Origin: a virus
Lineage: Duplodnaviria > Caudoviricetes
Reading direction: 5' to 3' (one strand)
DNA: 58,729 bases
Virus record (IMG/VR): IMGVR_UViG_3300035701_000035
Location: 1-58,729 of that record
The translations under genes and the position numbers were made by a program. The notes beneath the pieces were generated by a model. That model ran no database searches. It was not told where the DNA came from and saw only the letters and a program-made list of their open reading frames with translations. This document shows positions 37,101 to 46,239 of the stretch, piece after piece (within the stretch, counting starts at the first letter, position 1; each line of letters opens with the position of its first letter).

Positions 37101-38362
37101 ATATCAAAAGGAATTGTTTCTTTACCATATGAATCAAATAGTTTATGAAAATTTTCTTTTGTTTCATCAGCATCATAATCTTGCCAAGTATATTTCAAAA
37201 AATTTTTAGATAAAGCATGATCACGTATTTTTATATTAGGGTAGTCATAGTCTGAGTGAGGATAAGATTTATTAAAACGATGATACATCAAGTCTCTTGC
37301 ACTTAATGGTTCTTCATTTTGAACTTGAGAGTTCATTAAATAAGCTTTTAATGGTCCATACTCATTTATTAAAGCTTCTAGTCCAGCATCACTATCAAAA
37401 TCATAATCAGTAGGTTCAAATCCAGTATCTATTCCTCTAAAATAATTTGCTATTAAATCTCTTTTACCAAAACCATACATATTTTTTGAAGCCGCTGTTG
37501 TATTACCATCTCCAAAATATTTTGCTTTATAATCTTTTTTAAATAAAGAATCTATTATATCTTGTTTACTTCTATATGGCATAGCATTTAATCTAGCAAT
37601 TCTTTCACCTGCTAGTTTAACAGGATATGTAAGTAGATTATTTGAACGAGTACCTTGTTTTACTAAACTAGCAAGCCATCTATCACCAGGACCTCCTCCT
37701 TTTTTAAAAGATTGTTTTTCTAAATCTATAGGAATTTCTCTTATAACACTAGCTCCTGGAATCTTATGTAAACCAGTATTTTTTTGTACATTTTTTGTAA
37801 CACCATTATTTGCTACTAACTGTAAATCATATACTATATTGTCTGTATCAATAGTATCAGTATCTATATTAATATATGGAAGATTTTTATATGGTGAATA
37901 AGTTCTATAACCATCTTTCTGTGGAGTCATTCCTCCATTTCTCATAAAGTCTTCAGGTTGTTCTAACTCTGGTTGTAATCTATAATTAGTAGTAATTTCA
38001 GTACCAGCAGGTAAATCTTTTGCAGCTACTAAGTATCTTTTATTTCCTTGAGATATATTTACTGCTGTAGGATTATTTTCTGAATGATTATGATTTTTAC
38101 CTACTATTGGAGTAGCTTGATTATTAATATGTGCTAAACCAATTACGTCTCCTTTTCTAATTGGTTCATTAATAAATAAACCATTACCTTGTATATTAGA
38201 TTTTTTTACACTTAGTTGTTTATCTACTGAAGATCCACCTTGTTTCATAGATGACATTTGTGTAGGATTATTTAAACCCACAACTACATCTTTCTTCTGA
38301 GTAGGAGCTTTTGCACTTCCTAACTTCTTAAGAGATTCTATAAGTACTTTTTTATTATACAT
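34151..38362 (-). CDS. Modular cargo-like protein (1403 aa) with SET domain and zincin metallopeptidase domain
   Basis: SET motifs GNGLF, NHNHS, AAKDLPAGTEITTNY; zincin motif THELSH...NPDEQKAR; two related DxW..P...GKPF domains. Confidence 0.85.
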   Translation of the reverse strand: MYNKKVLIESLKKLGSAKAPTQKKDVVVGLNNPTQMSSMKQGGSSVDKQLSVKKSNIQGNGLFINEPIRKGDVIGLAHINNQATPIVGKNHNHSENNPTAVNISQGNKRYLVAAKDLPAGTEITTNYRLQPELEQPEDFMRNGGMTPQKDGYRTYSPYKNLPYINIDTDTIDTDNIVYDLQLVANNGVTKNVQKNTGLHKIPGASVIREIPIDLEKQSFKKGGGPGDRWLASLVKQGTRSNNLLTYPVKLAGERIARLNAMPYRSKQDIIDSLFKKDYKAKYFGDGNTTAASKNMYGFGKRDLIANYFRGIDTGFEPTDYDFDSDAGLEALINEYGPLKAYLMNSQVQNEEPLSARDLMYHRFNKSYPHSDYDYPNIKIRDHALSKNFLKYTWQDYDADETKENFHKLFDSYGKETIPFDIQPDTSKPPPLFSFEYSPVNPIDNVAGHMGLLQRTAQNEFQLTTRDSWGFFPKNYDPKWNMSDKFRQKQTQLMDAFGKPFILTQTNPITFKKGGVHKTKNKNSRSYSRSLDATNKFFAENYLFEKPSSRKNKIYDPHAKYYQDGGASSPEKWEQEIRGIEGQIGNPTDWTMNDYYSLQDKLNAYRDWRENTPEGQAVIDSHNEEGEYNIPLPEHLQDYTNAMMKSKLAYANEFGNPAAKRMINLPDNPYQFDNGDTGTHYMASMDNYAVPQIQDENGQLVLGDYDPSSREAMRFDSDEDARYFAEHYKDVAPGFINAKLSPEEIQEYAKGGYIIEDISVPELDKAQEGGEQTVTDTDKDYLIRMANSPLFKERYARMVGKPIDQVGEEAEAYRQQILNNIETVKINDIGVLPKDQISFEELKAKGFYSPPLSKESELFKPYYDSVNNTSLNKKEKKYYSEQFDEILNDFNKDKHSVYLNTDNPWTRTHELSHASVMGSVDKIFADPIKFKPYETPPKDQFNKLIEDIMVTNKPYLENPDEQKARVDVARKYLESKGLYDPVNENFTEEHLKKLQESMNFRDSDIAPQLIDLMLPYETKDKLRLFNDFVEKKPNQNSNIVKAEQGGELVKAQTGLQVAGKNIIKNIVNYNEGDLLRLLAYKGINPASYHIKDKITEMPGELYNNTVNNSNRPFRTGMSLRYGPRNELLDQLLTQLNTSKASWNKLSTKDKMGALDAYDPLLMKTLEDIGQRRLDAWAVGLGQQQEYNTLEQTGENTYKMLGIEHTPDFFSERNNDIIFHGLKDQKYDDIKDQLINLSKQHYDLSKHPLTKKETEYHKPWQQTYHVQSSPKSDFIHSIYDNDTYGVRGGYRWDMKDTPEGMHWQANDVWDLHPWEKRSSGIINQSDAAKYYLGETFFKPLQNVEALGLIGGKPFNIENNFLVDPKTFKTIKQWEKGGEMEYELGDEIDEATKRKLEKLGYTFEII
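35230..36075 (-). other. Zincin-like metallopeptidase module
   Basis: HELSH at 35627-35641 followed by YLENPDEQKAR (candidate third ligand Glu). Confidence 0.7.
37945..38215 (-). other. Minimal SET-domain lysine methyltransferase
   Basis: LSVKKSNIQGNGLFINEPIRKGDVI...KNHNHSENNPTA...LVAAKDLPAGTEITTNY contains GxGLF, NHS and ExxxxY motifs in canonical order. Confidence 0.88.
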
Positions 38363-41300
38363 TATCTAGGAGAATATTGATTCTTACTACTTGACATTTT
38401 GAATATGATATTAACATCATCACATTGATTTTTTCTCAAATTTATAAAATTTAAGTAATGTCTGAACTTTTTTCTTTGTAATTCTACTTTATCATAATTC
38501 ATATTGTTGGGATTCAGCACTCTAGTAAAACCATCTGGTGAAGTAATCCATGTATTTTCAGAGGCATAACTTCCTAGTAGTACAGTTGTACCAGGAATAA
38601 GAGGACCAGTAGGTGGGTAATTAGAACCTATTGGGAATTCATCTCTGTCACGTGTTATGTCCCAGAATTGATTAAACCTGTATTTGTTTTCTTCTTTAGA
38701 GAAAAGTATATCATATGAAGAAAGGTCTGTACCTAGTCTCGGGAATTGTAATGAAAGATTTACATCATTCTTTGGATACAAATTAAGATTCAAATATCCA
38801 GAAACTTGTTCTGAATTATATACTATAGCTTGATCAAAATTATAATCTAGCACATGATGTTGATCAATACAACTATTTCCATTTCTTCTATAACATTCTA
38901 ATATATACTCTATAGATTTAGTTGTCATTACTGATTGACCAGATACAACTGGAAACTCTAATTCAAAACCATATTGCTTACCATAATAGTTACAGAAGCC
39001 ATCACAGATGTAGTTATGTTTCCAAAGAGTATTTCTCTTACTACTTACAAATATATCTTTAGTAGGAATAAGTAAATCAGGATGCCAGTCATGGAATGAA
39101 ATCCAGTATTGATTCTTAGGGTCATAACTTATTGTCCATGATGCATCATCAAACAAATAAGAGTTACCTAATTCAAATCTTAAGTTTACATTATCATCTA
39201 GTATAAAGTCATCTCCTGTTCCATCTGGATTCAAAGGTCTGTAAGTAACACGTCCTTTAAATTCTTCTTTTAAATGAAAGTCTTTTTTAGCAAAATAAAG
39301 TATAGTACTTGAACTATCATATGTTGCTTGACATCCAATACCAGCTACAGGATTATCTTGCCATGGATAAGTTGGAAAGTCTTGTGTAAGTTTATATGGC
39401 ATATATAAAATAAACCACCATTTTAAACCTGCTTGAGAAATTTCTTCTAAACCTTTTCCATAAGAAAATATTCTTCCTTGGTTTTGTGACATATAATATA
39501 TTCCTACAGGAGTATTTATAATTGATAACCTATTCTGTGAAGATCCATATTCATATGAATTGTCTGCATTAATTACTGATTGTGTTGGTTGAGAAAATAA
39601 TCCTCCATCACCAATAGTAATTTTTGTATTAAGATCTGTCTCAAGAGTATCAACCCCTTGATACATTAATGGACTTTCATTTTTAAATGTAATAAAGATA
39701 CCTGATTTGTTAATTGCTTTAACTCCAGATATTTGACCTTTAAATTCTTTATAGTTGTTAACCAAATACATAAACCAACTATCCTTAATTGCCTCATCTT
39801 GTTGTGGTAAAGAATAAATAATTCTATCAGGATAATATGTATAACAAAGTTTAGCAACTTTAGGATCATAGTATCTACTTTGTAAGTTACCTTGTGAAAA
39901 ATATTGATTATAAAGCTTAGATACACTTAATGAATAATCATAAAGATATTCACTAAGCATTCCCATTATATTTGGATTCATATTAAACATAGCCTGGTAA
40001 TCAGTATATCTGTATGGATCATAATGTTTACCACCTTCTATTGGACTTTGTTGTCTAAAATCTATTAATACTTCAGACTCTACAAAGAAGTCTCTAATAC
40101 CTGAATTTGCTAAATAAAAATAAGCATCTCTTACTGACCATAGACCAGCATATCTATCACCTATCCAACTACCTTCCTCTACATCAGTCTTATAGTTATA
40201 AAATCTAGATGATGTTACATAGTAATCCATGTTATAGAAAGCACCAGGAAATGCACCAGTACCTGGCATTGCAGGTGAACCAAAATTAAATACTTCTGAT
40301 AAGAATGACGTATCATAATTAATACTATTTACTTTAAACCTAGCTAAAGGAATCATGCTGTGTAAATAGTAGTTATATTCAAAACCATCAGGTTGTCCAT
40401 ATAACCAATCATTAAACATCATCATATTATTTTTTTCTGTATACCTATTTATATAAGTATCACCTCCAAATAATATTGGTGTTCTTGTAATAGTACTAAA
40501 AGTATATAAAATATTGTTAGTAGGACATGTCCATTGAGTTACTGGTATGTTGTAATATTGTAACTGTTGCTCACATGGAGTTATTACAATTTCATTTTCA
40601 CTACCAAGTTGTCCGTATTGATTTCTTACTCTTCCTTTTAAAGCTCCATAATGACTTGCAACTGGTAAACTAAAAGGAGTGTCTTTAGCATCTTCATTAA
40701 AATCAGGAAGATTATTATCAATAAATGCAGGGTCAGTACTGTTTTGTACAATAGTTCCAATTGTAACTAATGACTTATCTGCAAGTCCACTAGTAATTAA
40801 GTTTGGTCCAATAGTAACTCCATTAGGATATAGACCATTATAATAAGGTCCTGATTTAGTTCTTACTACAACAGCATCTGATCTCTTTAAATTATTAATT
40901 GCATAACTATGATAAACACCAAGATAATCTTGATACTTTGGAACTTCTTGAACATTGTCTCGTATATAGAAACCATCTTCCATTCTAAACCTACTTAAAT
41001 TAGAAGTTGACAATTTAATCATGTTACTATAAAAACCATGACTAACTTGTTGTAATGCATATTGTCTGTATGGTGTAATTGCATAAAATACTTTTATTGC
41101 TAGATCTGCACCTTCAGCAAAATAATAAGCTAATTGATTAAGTGCACCAAGAGCTCTTGTTAATGGATCTAAGTATGTCCATTTAGGAAATTCAATTGTT
41201 CCATCTATTGTTATTGCAGATGTTACTCCTGGTATTGAAGCAGTAGTAACTGCTGCTGCTAAAGCTGTATCTGCAACACTCATTGATGTTGCTGGATATC

Positions 41301-43842
41301 CTCCAATAATTGCATACAAAGCATCAGCAAGAGGACTTGCTATAGGATTAGTAGAAGAATAGTATGTATTAAAAAATGTATTATATGTTGTAGCTGATGC
41401 TGCAAGAGGAGCAGCTGCTGCAATTTGTGCTGCTAATGCAGCATCAGATGGACCAGGTGTAGCAGCACTTGTAAATCCACCAGCAATAACTTTAGGTTGA
41501 TTGATAGTTCTTTTACCAATCATAGATATAATAGCTTCAGCAACTCCAGAAACTATCATAGCAGCTACTATAGAGTTAGCTAATAGTTTAAATTTAGGAT
41601 GTCCTGCAGGTTCTTGGAATGCCATATTAGCATAACCATTTAAAATACCATAAGACTTAAATTCTGTAGTAGAAAGATAAGGAGTTCTAAACATTGTATC
41701 CGGAGAATGGAATGTAAATATATCCGTAGGTATAGTTTGGTTATTTATAATTTTTACACTACCAGTTCCAGTTTCATTTAATATATAAGGATCATTAAAA
41801 TTATAATTGTGATCAGTTGGTAGAGGTGAGTACCCTATAGGAAGAATAGTATTATATGGATAGTTTGCATATAGTCCTGTTCTGTTTTCAGTAACTGCTC
41901 CTCTTAATGCAAAAGTTCGAAAGTTATTTACCATTCCTTTTGCAATGATAGTTTTATTTCCTTCACGTGATCCACGTAGAATTTCATAACCTACAATACC
42001 AGGTATATCATTTCCATCTTGATCTTTTGGTAACATAATATTTTCAAATACTACACCCATTAATCTTATTCTAAAATCAGAACCAACTGTAGTTGTATTT
42101 GGATTAGGTCTAAAGTGTACTGCATCTGTTGATGCACTATTATTTATAAACCCTTCAGGAAACTTATGATGTCTAATTGGTTTACCACATAAATCAAATC
42201 GACCTGGAGTTTGTCCATTAGGAATTTGAGCAGCAGGACCTGTCCAACAGTAAGTACTTGAATTCCATAAATCTGGTCTATTATTTGGATATCTTTCTGT
42301 AGACTCCCAATAACCCATTTCTCCTATTGCAAGTAATATACCACCATCACTCATTACCCACTGACCACTTGCATTCAAAGTTGCATCTGGTAAAGTAGAT
42401 GGATATGAAAGTTGAGTTGCTGTATTGTATACTTCAAATACTTTATCATCTGTTGCTAAAGTATTTTTTTCATTTAGATCTGCTGTTTCAAATAAAGTAG
42501 CTCCTCCTGGTATAGAGAAGTTTTTTGGTGCTCTTCCAGGAATATGATATGCAGAAGTTTTATCTCCAGTATTATATACCCATCTTATATAGAAAGTATA
42601 AACCTCATCTCTTAGATAATTGGTTTTATTACCTCCTTTCATATATGTATCTGCCTTATACTCAACACTTGCCCATCTTGTTCTAATCATATTAGCAAGT
42701 GGTTGGTAATTGAAATCAAATTTAGATCTAGGACCAACTCTTAATAAATATCCATTTACATCAGTAATCTGATCTGATGTTTCAAATACAGGTGTTGTTA
42801 TTGGTATTTGTTCTAATGGAATTTTAATATTACTTATATTAATTTGATCAATAGCTATCCTTGATGTTTTTGTAGAATAAAATCCCATTTGTGTAGCAAC
42901 TGTCTGTTGATTTGTTGCTTCTACTATTGCTAAAACAAACTCATCAAAGTTTTCTGAATCTGCAGTTACATCAAGTGTGAGTGATCCCTCTAAATCATTT
43001 ACCGTATATATAAACTGAAAGTTACTTTGTGAAAACCAATCAGTAACTTTTTGTCCTTTAATAGTATATGCAATAACTGCAAAGTATGTACCATTTGCCA
43101 TTGTACCACCAGACTGTCCTAATGTTAAATTAAGACATGGTGTCTCCATTAGTCTTGCTAATCTAATATGTTCACAGTCTAAGTAATTTATTTTAGTTAT
43201 AAAATCACAATCATTAAGGGGAGTAGATAATTCAGTCCATGTTACTCCTGGCCATAAAAAAGTTGTGTCAACTCCATTAGAATAAAAGTTCATACTGGTA
43301 GTTCCACCACCAACCCAAGCATAATCTAAAGATGGCCAAGTTTTAGGATCACCTACATTTAAATATCTATCTGGATTAAATGCATCAGCAAAATATACTT
43401 GCCATGAACAATCTTCTTTTTCTCTAGATGAACCAGATATAAGATATCGTTTATCAAAATTTAAACATGCATCTTGTACTATCTCTCTATATCTACAAGA
43501 GTCTTCTTCATATAAACCAATCTCAGATGTAATTCTTGTTCCTGTAATAGAATGACCTGCAGTAAAAATTATCCATTTATCTGAATAAAGATATATAGCT
43601 CCAATAATATATTTATCAGTTACTGTTATGGGCATGCTTGCTCCAGTAGTACCACATAGAATATTTGATATTTCATTTGATAATGTACCTACGTCACCTT
43701 CAATAGTATTATTTACTACATTGATGGCATGTGTCCACATTCCTTCAGAAACAAATGATGGATCAGAATCTTTGTTTAACCCTTTTGTAAAAGAGTTACT
43801 TATGATTTTATTAGTATCTTGTAAACCTTTATCTTTTGCCAT
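38362..43842 (-). CDS. Tail stabilisation / muzzle protein (P22 gp10-like, crAss-type), 1826 aa
   Basis: N-terminal FTKGLNKDSDP...AINV, beta-rich body, FGGDTYINRY and WTISYDP...WISFHDW motifs; directly follows the ring-protein genes. Confidence 0.8.
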   Translation of the reverse strand: MAKDKGLQDTNKIISNSFTKGLNKDSDPSFVSEGMWTHAINVVNNTIEGDVGTLSNEISNILCGTTGASMPITVTDKYIIGAIYLYSDKWIIFTAGHSITGTRITSEIGLYEEDSCRYREIVQDACLNFDKRYLISGSSREKEDCSWQVYFADAFNPDRYLNVGDPKTWPSLDYAWVGGGTTSMNFYSNGVDTTFLWPGVTWTELSTPLNDCDFITKINYLDCEHIRLARLMETPCLNLTLGQSGGTMANGTYFAVIAYTIKGQKVTDWFSQSNFQFIYTVNDLEGSLTLDVTADSENFDEFVLAIVEATNQQTVATQMGFYSTKTSRIAIDQINISNIKIPLEQIPITTPVFETSDQITDVNGYLLRVGPRSKFDFNYQPLANMIRTRWASVEYKADTYMKGGNKTNYLRDEVYTFYIRWVYNTGDKTSAYHIPGRAPKNFSIPGGATLFETADLNEKNTLATDDKVFEVYNTATQLSYPSTLPDATLNASGQWVMSDGGILLAIGEMGYWESTERYPNNRPDLWNSSTYCWTGPAAQIPNGQTPGRFDLCGKPIRHHKFPEGFINNSASTDAVHFRPNPNTTTVGSDFRIRLMGVVFENIMLPKDQDGNDIPGIVGYEILRGSREGNKTIIAKGMVNNFRTFALRGAVTENRTGLYANYPYNTILPIGYSPLPTDHNYNFNDPYILNETGTGSVKIINNQTIPTDIFTFHSPDTMFRTPYLSTTEFKSYGILNGYANMAFQEPAGHPKFKLLANSIVAAMIVSGVAEAIISMIGKRTINQPKVIAGGFTSAATPGPSDAALAAQIAAAAPLAASATTYNTFFNTYYSSTNPIASPLADALYAIIGGYPATSMSVADTALAAAVTTASIPGVTSAITIDGTIEFPKWTYLDPLTRALGALNQLAYYFAEGADLAIKVFYAITPYRQYALQQVSHGFYSNMIKLSTSNLSRFRMEDGFYIRDNVQEVPKYQDYLGVYHSYAINNLKRSDAVVVRTKSGPYYNGLYPNGVTIGPNLITSGLADKSLVTIGTIVQNSTDPAFIDNNLPDFNEDAKDTPFSLPVASHYGALKGRVRNQYGQLGSENEIVITPCEQQLQYYNIPVTQWTCPTNNILYTFSTITRTPILFGGDTYINRYTEKNNMMMFNDWLYGQPDGFEYNYYLHSMIPLARFKVNSINYDTSFLSEVFNFGSPAMPGTGAFPGAFYNMDYYVTSSRFYNYKTDVEEGSWIGDRYAGLWSVRDAYFYLANSGIRDFFVESEVLIDFRQQSPIEGGKHYDPYRYTDYQAMFNMNPNIMGMLSEYLYDYSLSVSKLYNQYFSQGNLQSRYYDPKVAKLCYTYYPDRIIYSLPQQDEAIKDSWFMYLVNNYKEFKGQISGVKAINKSGIFITFKNESPLMYQGVDTLETDLNTKITIGDGGLFSQPTQSVINADNSYEYGSSQNRLSIINTPVGIYYMSQNQGRIFSYGKGLEEISQAGLKWWFILYMPYKLTQDFPTYPWQDNPVAGIGCQATYDSSSTILYFAKKDFHLKEEFKGRVTYRPLNPDGTGDDFILDDNVNLRFELGNSYLFDDASWTISYDPKNQYWISFHDWHPDLLIPTKDIFVSSKRNTLWKHNYICDGFCNYYGKQYGFELEFPVVSGQSVMTTKSIEYILECYRRNGNSCIDQHHVLDYNFDQAIVYNSEQVSGYLNLNLYPKNDVNLSLQFPRLGTDLSSYDILFSKEENKYRFNQFWDITRDRDEFPIGSNYPPTGPLIPGTTVLLGSYASENTWITSPDGFTRVLNPNNMNYDKVELQRKKFRHYLNFINLRKNQCDDVNIIFKMSSSKNQYSPR

Positions 43843-43844
43843 AA

Positions 43845-44888
43845 CTAGATAACTCTATTATTGATATTTCTTCTGTTGTATGGAGTATTAGGTGAATGAC
43901 TCATAAACATAGAATAGTATTTACCATACATTGCTCTTCTATTTGTCCACCACATATCTTCCATTTCTTTGAAGTTTGGTGTATTAACAAGACTAATTGC
44001 TTGATTTCTAGCTGGTCTTAGTTTTGCTTCAATCAGTTGAATTCTTTGAGATACATCTTCTCCATTTAAAAATAAATTCTCAAGTATTCTTGCTTTAAGT
44101 GCATACTCATAATATTCATTTAAAAGTTCATGATCAGGTACAAGTAAGTTACCATTATCATCAGACATATCTCCTTGATAATTTAAATATACTTTACCAG
44201 TTTCAAATGTTGTATTTAAAAAACCATATTTAATCCATCCTTGATCAGCTGTATTGTAATATAAATTAGGACAGTCACATTCAATTTCTTGACTTGTTTT
44301 CATCCTTAATGGTTTCAGTGCTTTGTATGAACGAGTTACACTTGAATTAACAACTTGAATCAATTCATACTTTTCTCCTTTACAGTTCATGAATACTCTT
44401 GGAGCAATACATGTATTACCTGTAGGATTCAATGGATCAAATGCAGTTGGTATTGGATCTACTATAGGGCAGTTAAGTTCACATGCAGCTGTATGATTAC
44501 ATGGATTTGAGTTACATGTTCTACAATTAACTGTTGCAGGTGCACAGGTGTCTACGGTAGCAGGGAACTCTCTATAAGGTACTTCTTGTATGTTTGTACC
44601 ACCAGCTATTCCATCATACCCTACAATCTCTTTAAAATCCCCACAGATCATTCCAAAATTAAATGTATAGAAATCATCAGGTAACTTTACCTTATGATGT
44701 GTTACATCTAGTATAGCTTCTTTAGTTTGATTTAGTCTTAACCCAAGTTCATAATTAAGTTTCCTTGCCAACTTAATAAGTTGTTGAGGCTCAATCATAT
44801 TCTCTAAAGCAAAAGTATGTAAATCAATAGTGACATCTTCCAGTAACTGGTCAAATGTACGGTACTTGAGTGTATAATTAAAGTCCAT
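43845..44888 (-). CDS. Tail tubular / ring protein (crAss-type), with a Cys-rich segment
   Basis: VKLPDDF and GKVYLNYQG...GNLLVPD...YYEYAL motifs; immediately upstream of the muzzle gene. Confidence 0.7.
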   Translation of the reverse strand: MDFNYTLKYRTFDQLLEDVTIDLHTFALENMIEPQQLIKLARKLNYELGLRLNQTKEAILDVTHHKVKLPDDFYTFNFGMICGDFKEIVGYDGIAGGTNIQEVPYREFPATVDTCAPATVNCRTCNSNPCNHTAACELNCPIVDPIPTAFDPLNPTGNTCIAPRVFMNCKGEKYELIQVVNSSVTRSYKALKPLRMKTSQEIECDCPNLYYNTADQGWIKYGFLNTTFETGKVYLNYQGDMSDDNGNLLVPDHELLNEYYEYALKARILENLFLNGEDVSQRIQLIEAKLRPARNQAISLVNTPNFKEMEDMWWTNRRAMYGKYYSMFMSHSPNTPYNRRNINNRVI

Positions 44889-45550
44889 TATCTAAGTGCG
44901 TTTTGACTATCATCCGGTCCATCAGTTGGAACTTGCATAGCCATGGTTAATTCTTTTACTACAAATTGCTCTATTTCAGAAAATAAATATTCTGGAAACA
45001 ATAGTGGATCATCTTGTCTAATAAGACATGGATCAGTATCACATGTTTCTATCTGGTCTTGAAAAATAGCTTCCATTCTAATTGCATCCCAATCAACATT
45101 AGGACAATAGATATAACCATTTAAATACCAGAAGTAAGGTCTTTTATTATATTTAAAAGTAGTAGATCTTGTAATTGATACCCAAGTACCAGGATCTGTA
45201 CGAAACATTTCTATAGATCCATCTATAGAAGAAACAGTACGTATAACAGGACCCATTGCACCATCAAATATTGTAGGTAGTTTATCTTTAGATCTTTTAA
45301 AATAACATCCTGAAAATACTCCTACACATCCTGCCTCTACTTTATCTACATCAATCAATTCAATATAGGGGAGAACTTTAAAGATAGAACTTATCTTCAT
45401 TAATCTAAATTGATTGTCTTCTCTTTTTAAAAGAGTTTGTCCATACTTTATTATTGCAAAGTATATTGTTCTATCAGTAAGAAACGGATCTTCCTTTACA
45501 GCTTTCAACGTATTCCTTACTCTTGATATAGCTTCTCCTATTGTTGTCAT
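44888..45550 (-). CDS. Putative tail ring / adaptor protein (220 aa)
   Basis: RSKDKLP, YFWYLNGYIY and terminal PTDGPDD motifs; synteny with tail genes. Confidence 0.65.
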   Translation of the reverse strand: MTTIGEAISRVRNTLKAVKEDPFLTDRTIYFAIIKYGQTLLKREDNQFRLMKISSIFKVLPYIELIDVDKVEAGCVGVFSGCYFKRSKDKLPTIFDGAMGPVIRTVSSIDGSIEMFRTDPGTWVSITRSTTFKYNKRPYFWYLNGYIYCPNVDWDAIRMEAIFQDQIETCDTDPCLIRQDDPLLFPEYLFSEIEQFVVKELTMAMQVPTDGPDDSQNALR

Positions 45551-46128
45551 AAGTCAAATTCATTATAATTTTCTAAAGCTTTTTTATTTACTTTATTTAA
45601 ATGATCTCTATAAATTACACTATTATAAACTTTATCCATCTTTGCCTTTGGTAGTACTTGTATATACATATTCCAATTTTCAGGATATGATTTAGCTACT
45701 GCTCTTTTAAATTCTCTACATGCAGTGAAACCCCAAAATTCTCTATTCTTCATTTTGTGTTTTGGTGCAAAGTTTGTAAAAAATATTTTAGCAAGTTTAC
45801 CATCTGTATCCCAATTATTGTTAGTTACCGTGACTCCATATTTTTTTGATTTAGCAAAATCAATATTATTTTTTTTACTTCTCTGACATGTTCCAATAAA
45901 TAACCAACCAATTTGTTCTGGCAATTGAACTCCATCTCTTGTATCAATTACTGTTTGATATAATACTTGATTAAATCTTTTAATGATCCTTCTCAATATT
46001 TTATCATCCATATCCTTATACTTAGGATGTGTTTTTTTAAAGTTATCAAAGAACACTTTGTTCAAAATAGTGTGTACTTCAGGTCTGTACCTAGAAGATG
46101 TTACATCTGGATTATTAAATTCTCTCAT
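45547..46128 (-). CDS. IHF/HU-like DNA-binding protein of crAss-like phages
   Basis: Basic protein; helix IIKRFNQVLYQTVI followed by GVQLPEQIGWLFI and a later F...REFKRAV helix, the HU/IHF pattern; expected position in the tail module. Confidence 0.6.
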   Translation of the reverse strand: MREFNNPDVTSSRYRPEVHTILNKVFFDNFKKTHPKYKDMDDKILRRIIKRFNQVLYQTVIDTRDGVQLPEQIGWLFIGTCQRSKKNNIDFAKSKKYGVTVTNNNWDTDGKLAKIFFTNFAPKHKMKNREFWGFTACREFKRAVAKSYPENWNMYIQVLPKAKMDKVYNSVIYRDHLNKVNKKALENYNEFDL

Positions 46129-46131
46129 AAT

Positions 46132-46142
46132 AATATACTAAA
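46132..46142 (-). promoter_or_regulatory. Candidate late-promoter box TTTAGTATATT
   Basis: Lies between a terminator and the next ATG; second variant GTGTATATT at 46160-46168. Confidence 0.5.
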
Positions 46143-46170
46143 AATAAATGACATTTACAAATATACACAT

Positions 46171-46201
46171 AAAACAAAACCCCCACAAGTGTGAGGGCTT
46201 T
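46171..46201 (-). terminator. Intrinsic terminator
   Basis: Transcript reads AAAGCCCTCAC-ACTT-GTGGGGGTTTT-GTTTT (stem with G-U pairs, then a U tract). Confidence 0.8.
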
Positions 46202-46239
46202 GCCGTTGTTGCTACAGAAACCAACAAACCTGCAACAAA

